58,734 bases of DNA, from contig JAHYJP010000003.1 in assembly GCA_019429055.1 (NCBI GenBank), positions 1 through 58,734 of the forward strand, written 5' to 3'. A program made the translations under genes and the position numbers. This document shows, one piece after another, positions 54,029 through 58,734 of this stretch. Position 1 is the first letter of the stretch; each line of letters begins with the position of its first letter. The DNA comes from Bacteroidales bacterium (lineage in GTDB: Bacteria > Bacteroidota > Bacteroidia > Bacteroidales > UBA7960). The notes under the pieces are model-generated. The model did no database searches, was not told the origin of the DNA, and saw only the letters and a list, made by a program, of their open reading frames with translations.

Positions 54029-56398
54029 ATGCAAAATCAATATTTTACAAAATCTTCCGAAAACTACACCATAATTGTAGTTGAAGATGATGTATCTCTC
54101 AATACATTAATCCAGAAAACCCTTCAACGAAGTAATTATACTACAAGGGGCTTTTATTCCGGGCACGAAGCAGTTGAATGGTTGAAGAAAGATGAACAAT
54201 CTTCTGCATTATTGCTTCTTGATTACCAGCTGCATGAAATGAGCGGGGAGCAATTGATAAAAATCCTCAGAAAAGATAATATTGAAATACCATTCATAAT
54301 CATTACAGGACACGGTGATGAAAAAACCGCCGTGGAGATGATGAAACTGGGTGCACTGGATTATATGATCAAAGACAGTAGTTTTATTGACCTACTTCCT
54401 ACGGTTATACAGCAGGTTATCAATCATCTTGACATTGAGCATAAACTCAATGAATCCCAGATTGCCCTGAAAAGAAGCGAAGAAAAGTATCGGAGTATTT
54501 TTGAAAACATTCAGGATGTTTATTTTGAACTTTCCCTGAATGGTAATGTACTTGAAGTATCACCTTCTATAGAAGCAATGCTTGATATCAGCAGGGATAA
54601 GATCATTGATCATACATTTTTTATTGATAAAGAACAGGAGGAGGAATTCCTTGCCGTACTTCATGAAAAGGGTGTTCTTTCAGATTATGAAATTTTTCTT
54701 ACAAAGGAAAGCGGACAAAAGATACCTACCTCATTTACCTGCAAATATATTTACGATCATGAAGGCCTCCCACGGAAAATTATTGGCACAATCAGAAATA
54801 TTACCGAGCGAAAACAGGCCGAAGAAGTTATCAGGCACAGCGAAGAGCGTTACAGAATTCTTGCTGAGAATTCAAGTGATATGATCTCCAAGCACAACTG
54901 GGACCGAACCTTTTTGTATGTATCGCCTGCCTGCAACAAATTGTTAGGTTATGATCCTGATGAGCTTGCCGGTGTTTCGGCTTATCATTTTATACATCCT
55001 GATGATGTTGAGAATATGAGAAAGAATCATATTCTGCTTCTCGAAAACAGGGCCGGTTCCTTTATTGAAAGCTACAGAATTCGTAAAAAAGACGGATCTT
55101 ATATTTGGTTTGAAACCAACAACCAGGTCATTTATAATCAGAACACCAATCTGGTGCAGGAGATCGTATGTGTATCGCGCGATATTACAGAAAGAAAAGA
55201 TAAGGAAGAGTTGTTCAAAGCCAAAGAAATTGCCGAAAGAGCCAATAAAACAAAATCAGAATTTCTGGCAAACATGAGCCATGAAATAAGGAATCCCCTC
55301 AATGCCATCATAGGAATGACCCGAACACTAAGCAAAACTCCTATGACTGATGAACAGCAGGAATATCTTAATTCTATCAGTATATCTTCAATAAGCTTGC
55401 TGGGTATCCTCAACGATATTCTTGATTTTTCAAAAATTGAGGCCAACAAAGTGGAACTCACCTTTGCCAATTTCAATCTTGAAGAAATGCTGAGTTCAAT
55501 AACCAGAACCTTTGAACCTCTTGCAAGATCAAGAAAGCTATCACTAACCTACCATATCGAAGCAAATACTCCGGTCGATTTATACGGTGATGAGAAAAAA
55601 ATAGTACAAATACTGAATAATCTGATCAGTAATGCGATTAAATTTACCAACCAGGGAAAAGTTGAAATTATAGCTGATTGCGAAAAAATCAAACCGGAAA
55701 ACGCCATTATCAATTTCATAGTTAAAGATACCGGTATTGGTGTGAAAAAAGAAGATATACCGCGTATGTTTGATTCATTCAGCCAGCTGGATATCTCCAC
55801 CAAGAAAGAATACCAGGGCACAGGACTAGGTCTTAGCATCGCCCGAAGCCTCGCCTTGATAATGAATGGAAATATCAGCTTTGAAAGTGAATATAAAAAA
55901 GGAAGCAAAGTAACTATAAGTCTGCCTCTGGTAATAACAGGCAGTGAAAAGTATAGAGATATCAATAAAAGCAGCGAGCAAACTCACAATATACCGGTGA
56001 AAGATAAAAAAATTAAAATACTTGTAGCGGAAGACGATGCTATAAACCAGCTTTATCTTGCAGGTTTTCTTAAATCGCAGGGATGGCTGGTAGATACCGC
56101 ACCCAATGGTCTTGTTGCATTGGATAAATACCAGAAAAACTCTTATGATATAATACTTATGGACGGGCAAATGCCCAAGATGGATGGTTTTGAAACTACA
56201 CAAAGAATCAGGGAAATTGAAAAAGATAACAATGATGGCTCACATATACCCATTGTTGCCATAACCGGATATGCTATTCCAGGCGACAGAGAAAGATTTA
56301 TCAATGCAGGTATGGATGATTATGTATCCAAGCCCATTGATGAAAACAAACTGATTGAGATCATCAACTCTAAAATAGAAGACCAGATAAAAACGTGA
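54029..56398 (+). CDS. Hybrid sensor histidine kinase: REC, PAS, PAS, HisKA, HATPase_c, REC
   Basis: 789-aa ORF. The N-terminal receiver has 'IIVVEDD', 'LLLLDYQL', 'IIITGHG' and 'KLGALDYMIK'. Two PAS regions surround 'YRSIFENIQDVYFEL' and 'YRILAENSSDMISKH'. The H-box is 'FLANMSHEIRNPLNAIIGM', the N-box 'LNNLISNAIKFT' and the G-boxes 'KDTGIGV' and 'GTGLGLSIA'. The C-terminal receiver has 'ILVAEDD', 'IILMDGQMPKMDG' and 'YVSKP'. Confidence 0.92.
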   Translation: MQNQYFTKSSENYTIIVVEDDVSLNTLIQKTLQRSNYTTRGFYSGHEAVEWLKKDEQSSALLLLDYQLHEMSGEQLIKILRKDNIEIPFIIITGHGDEKTAVEMMKLGALDYMIKDSSFIDLLPTVIQQVINHLDIEHKLNESQIALKRSEEKYRSIFENIQDVYFELSLNGNVLEVSPSIEAMLDISRDKIIDHTFFIDKEQEEEFLAVLHEKGVLSDYEIFLTKESGQKIPTSFTCKYIYDHEGLPRKIIGTIRNITERKQAEEVIRHSEERYRILAENSSDMISKHNWDRTFLYVSPACNKLLGYDPDELAGVSAYHFIHPDDVENMRKNHILLLENRAGSFIESYRIRKKDGSYIWFETNNQVIYNQNTNLVQEIVCVSRDITERKDKEELFKAKEIAERANKTKSEFLANMSHEIRNPLNAIIGMTRTLSKTPMTDEQQEYLNSISISSISLLGILNDILDFSKIEANKVELTFANFNLEEMLSSITRTFEPLARSRKLSLTYHIEANTPVDLYGDEKKIVQILNNLISNAIKFTNQGKVEIIADCEKIKPENAIINFIVKDTGIGVKKEDIPRMFDSFSQLDISTKKEYQGTGLGLSIARSLALIMNGNISFESEYKKGSKVTISLPLVITGSEKYRDINKSSEQTHNIPVKDKKIKILVAEDDAINQLYLAGFLKSQGWLVDTAPNGLVALDKYQKNSYDIILMDGQMPKMDGFETTQRIREIEKDNNDGSHIPIVAITGYAIPGDRERFINAGMDDYVSKPIDENKLIEIINSKIEDQIKT

Positions 56399-56425
56399 GA
56401 AGTTTGCCTCACGTTTTTGTTTTTA
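56391..56425 (+). terminator. Rho-independent terminator after the hybrid kinase gene
   Basis: The stem pairs aaacgtgag (56391-56399) with ctcacgttt (56408-56416), overlaps the TGA stop and is followed by TTTTTGTTTTT. Confidence 0.65.
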
Positions 56426-56596
56426 TCCAAATCCCGCTGTTTTAATAAATCATATTCGCTTAGTAAATATGAAACTTAAAACAAATCATCAAAAAACCTT
56501 TCAGATTAACGCCTTTTTTTGTCATTATATTAAAAGATTGTTATAATTTAGCAATCTGAGTAAACAATTTGTTACATATAAACAAAACGTATAGTT

Positions 56597-57616
56597 ATGC
56601 AAAATATAGACTGGGCCAAGCTTCCTTTTGGCTATTTCAAGACTGATTACAACGTTCGCTGCTACTATCGCGATGGCAATTGGGGCGAAATGGAGGTATC
56701 ATCATCTGAATATGTAAATATACACATGGCTGCAACCTGTTTACATTACGGACAGGAAGCTTTTGAAGGGATGAAAGCCTACAGGGGAAAAGATGGAAAA
56801 ATAAGACTTTTCCGATGGAAGGACAATGCTGCACGCATGCGCCAGTCATCGAAGGGTATTCTTATGGCAGAAGTACCTGATGACATCTTCTACAAAATGG
56901 TGGTTGAAGCAGTAAAACTCAATGAAAAATATGTGCCACCACACGGGCATGGAGCAGCACTTTACATCAGACCCCTGCTCATCGGAACCGGTGTGCAGGT
57001 AGGTGTTAATCCTGCAAAAGAGTATCTTTTTATGGTATTTGTAGGACCTGTAGGCCCCTATTTCAAAGAAGGATTTAACCCGGTAACCATCCAGATTGTC
57101 AGAGATTATGACAGGGCTGCACCTTTGGGTACAGGAGCTATTAAAGTTGGAGGTAATTATGCCGGAAGTTTGAAAGCCAGTGAAAGGGCTAAATCCGAAG
57201 GATTTGCAGCAGTACTTTTCCTCGAAGCCAAAGAGAAAAAATATATTGATGAAGCAGGCCCGGCAAACTTCTTTGCCATAAAAGGCAATAAATACATCAC
57301 ACCCAAATCAGACTCTATTTTGCCATCTATCACCAATAAAAGCCTTATGCAACTGGCAGAAGATATGGGTCTTATAGTTGAGCGCAGACCTGTTGCTGTG
57401 GAAGAACTTGCTGATTTTGAAGAAGTGGGTGCATGTGGAACGGCAGCCATCATTTCTCCCATAAAGAAAATCGTTGACAGGGAAAGTGGAAAAACTTATG
57501 AGTTTTGCAAGGATGGAAAAGCAGGTCCGGTTTCTGAAAAGCTTTACAGAAAACTGCAGGCCATTCAATATGGAGAAGAACCTGATACCCATGGATGGGT
57601 TACGATTCTTGACTAA
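56597..57616 (+). CDS. ilvE: Branched-chain amino acid aminotransferase (class IV PLP enzyme)
   Basis: 339-aa ORF. 'HYGQEAFEGMKAYR', 'LYIRPLLIGTG' and 'IKVGGNYAGSL', together with the length, fit the long-form IlvE. Confidence 0.9.
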   Translation: MQNIDWAKLPFGYFKTDYNVRCYYRDGNWGEMEVSSSEYVNIHMAATCLHYGQEAFEGMKAYRGKDGKIRLFRWKDNAARMRQSSKGILMAEVPDDIFYKMVVEAVKLNEKYVPPHGHGAALYIRPLLIGTGVQVGVNPAKEYLFMVFVGPVGPYFKEGFNPVTIQIVRDYDRAAPLGTGAIKVGGNYAGSLKASERAKSEGFAAVLFLEAKEKKYIDEAGPANFFAIKGNKYITPKSDSILPSITNKSLMQLAEDMGLIVERRPVAVEELADFEEVGACGTAAIISPIKKIVDRESGKTYEFCKDGKAGPVSEKLYRKLQAIQYGEEPDTHGWVTILD

Positions 57617-57635
57617 CTGCTGGTTATAAAATTTT

Positions 57636-57669
57636 AAAACGGGTTTCCTGCAAAAGAAACCCGTTTTTT
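57636..57669. terminator. Bidirectional rho-independent terminator
   Basis: A 12-bp stem pairs aaaacgggtttc (57636-57647) with gaaacccgtttt (57656-57667). It sits between convergent stops at 57616 and 57683. Confidence 0.7.
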
Positions 57670-57682
57670 ATTGAAAAAAATA

Positions 57683-58534
57683 TCAGATAATATCTTTCTC
57701 TTTTAAAAGTCCTTCCATTTCTTTTTGCAGTTTCGATGCTTCATAAGCGGCAGCTTGATCAAAGTTCTCATCTGAAGCAGCGAAAATTATGCTTCGTGAT
57801 GCATTGATAAGTAATCCGCAATTGCCGGTAAGACCGGCATCAGCAACATCTTTAAGGCTTCCGCCCTGAGCACCTACTCCAGGTACCAGTAAAAATGAAT
57901 CAGGCGCAATTTTCCTTATGCTTTCTATCATTTCAGCTTTGGTGGCACCCACAACGAACATGATATTCCGGCTGTTTTCCCAAGTTAATGACTTTTTAAT
58001 CACCACTTCAAAAAGCTTACTGTCTTGTCCGGACTCAATATTTTGTTTCAGCACCTGGAAATCATCAGATCCTTTATTGGATGTTAGTGCAAGTAAAATG
58101 GTCCATTTGTCTTTATAAGCCAGGAAAGGTTGAACGGAATCATATCCCATATAAGGGCTAACAGTTACAGAATCGAAACCGAGGGTTTCGAAAAAAGCCT
58201 TTGCGTAGCGGGCAGCCGAGTTGCCGATATCTCCTCTTTTGGCATCCGCAATGGTAAATACTTCCCCATCCAGGCTGCGAATGTATTCCATGGTTTTTTC
58301 AAGGCTTCTCCAACCCTTGCTTCCGTAGCTTTCATAAAATGCCAGGTTAGGTTTATAGGCAACGGTAAAAGGCAAAGTAGCGTTGATGATCCTTTTGTTA
58401 AACTCAAAAACAGGATCTTCAAAACTATTGAGAAATGCAGGAATTTTATCGGGGTCAGTATCCAGTCCGACGCATAGAAAAGACTTCTTTTCTTTAATCA
58501 GACCCACAAGTTTTTCAAAATTCATTTCAAGCAA
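57683..58534 (-). CDS. pyrF: Orotidine-5'-phosphate decarboxylase (type 2, long form)
   Basis: 283-aa ORF. It has 'LCVGLDTD', the catalytic 'IADAKRGDIGNS' and 'VPGVGAQGG'. Confidence 0.9.
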   Translation of the reverse strand: MLEMNFEKLVGLIKEKKSFLCVGLDTDPDKIPAFLNSFEDPVFEFNKRIINATLPFTVAYKPNLAFYESYGSKGWRSLEKTMEYIRSLDGEVFTIADAKRGDIGNSAARYAKAFFETLGFDSVTVSPYMGYDSVQPFLAYKDKWTILLALTSNKGSDDFQVLKQNIESGQDSKLFEVVIKKSLTWENSRNIMFVVGATKAEMIESIRKIAPDSFLLVPGVGAQGGSLKDVADAGLTGNCGLLINASRSIIFAASDENFDQAAAYEASKLQKEMEGLLKEKDII

Positions 58535-58537
58535 AGA

Positions 58538-58734
58538 TTATGCAACACCGTCTTTAAGTTTTTCAGCATTTTCTGCAACCTGCAGTGCTTCAATGATTTC
58601 TTCTATTTCTCCATCCATAATGGCAGAAAGGTTGTAAAGTGTTAGACTGATCCTGTGATCTGTTACCCTTCCCTGTGGATAGTTGTAGGTTCGGATTTTT
58701 GCTGAGCGATCGCCGGTTGAAACCATAGTTTTGC
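58538..58734 (-). CDS. prfA: Peptide chain release factor 1, C-terminal fragment (the start lies beyond the right edge)
   Basis: '[42 protein letters not shown]' is the conserved class-I RF C-terminal region. The reading frame stays open to the window edge. RF1 versus RF2 cannot be fully discriminated from this fragment. Confidence 0.8.
   Translation of the reverse strand, partial: KTMVSTGDRSAKIRTYNYPQGRVTDHRISLTLYNLSAIMDGEIEEIIEALQVAENAEKLKDGVA

Noticed and set aside
52264-56203. Minus-strand ORFs of 155, 90, 77, 102, 112, 138 and 125 aa within the receiver, cyclase and kinase genes
   Set aside because: All of them are antisense to plus-strand genes with complete catalytic motifs. None has a motif or a plausible independent promoter or terminator.

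Overview
This looks like a chromosomal segment of a Bacteroidota-type genome. It is AT-rich, has TAnnTTTG-type -7 promoter boxes in place of Shine-Dalgarno-led starts, and encodes a SusC-type receptor N-terminus and many lipoproteins. I call about 47 protein genes, one RNase P RNA, several rho-independent terminators and two kinds of intergenic repeat. I see no rRNA, tRNA, CRISPR array, transposase or integrase.

Gene content:
- Housekeeping: tgt, gyrB, ilvE, pyrF, prfA (partial), an LptF/G-type permease, thioredoxins, glutathione peroxidase and a CysQ-like phosphatase.
- Envelope and lipid: a FadD-like acyl-CoA ligase, two FadL-type barrels plus an SGNH lipase, a Wzx/Wzz/Wzy trio, a GT2 glycosyltransferase fused in an operon with an ECF sigma factor, and a TPR protein plus beta-barrel pair.

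The standout is a same-strand signalling island of about 16 kb (40510-56398). In order it carries:
- an MCP-less CheR/CheB pair;
- a membrane GAF protein;
- a large GAF-PAS-PP2C phosphatase;
- a SiaB-like kinase and a DUF1987 (SiaC-like) partner-switch protein, with no diguanylate cyclase;
- a 1059-aa ABCG-type transporter with extra N-terminal modules;
- two secreted unknown proteins;
- two stand-alone receivers;
- a receiver-adenylate-cyclase fusion;
- a REC-PAS-PAS-HK-REC hybrid kinase.

I recognise no DNA-binding domain anywhere in the island.

All family assignments come from reading motifs in the supplied translations. No database search was possible, so DUF and family names need HMM confirmation.
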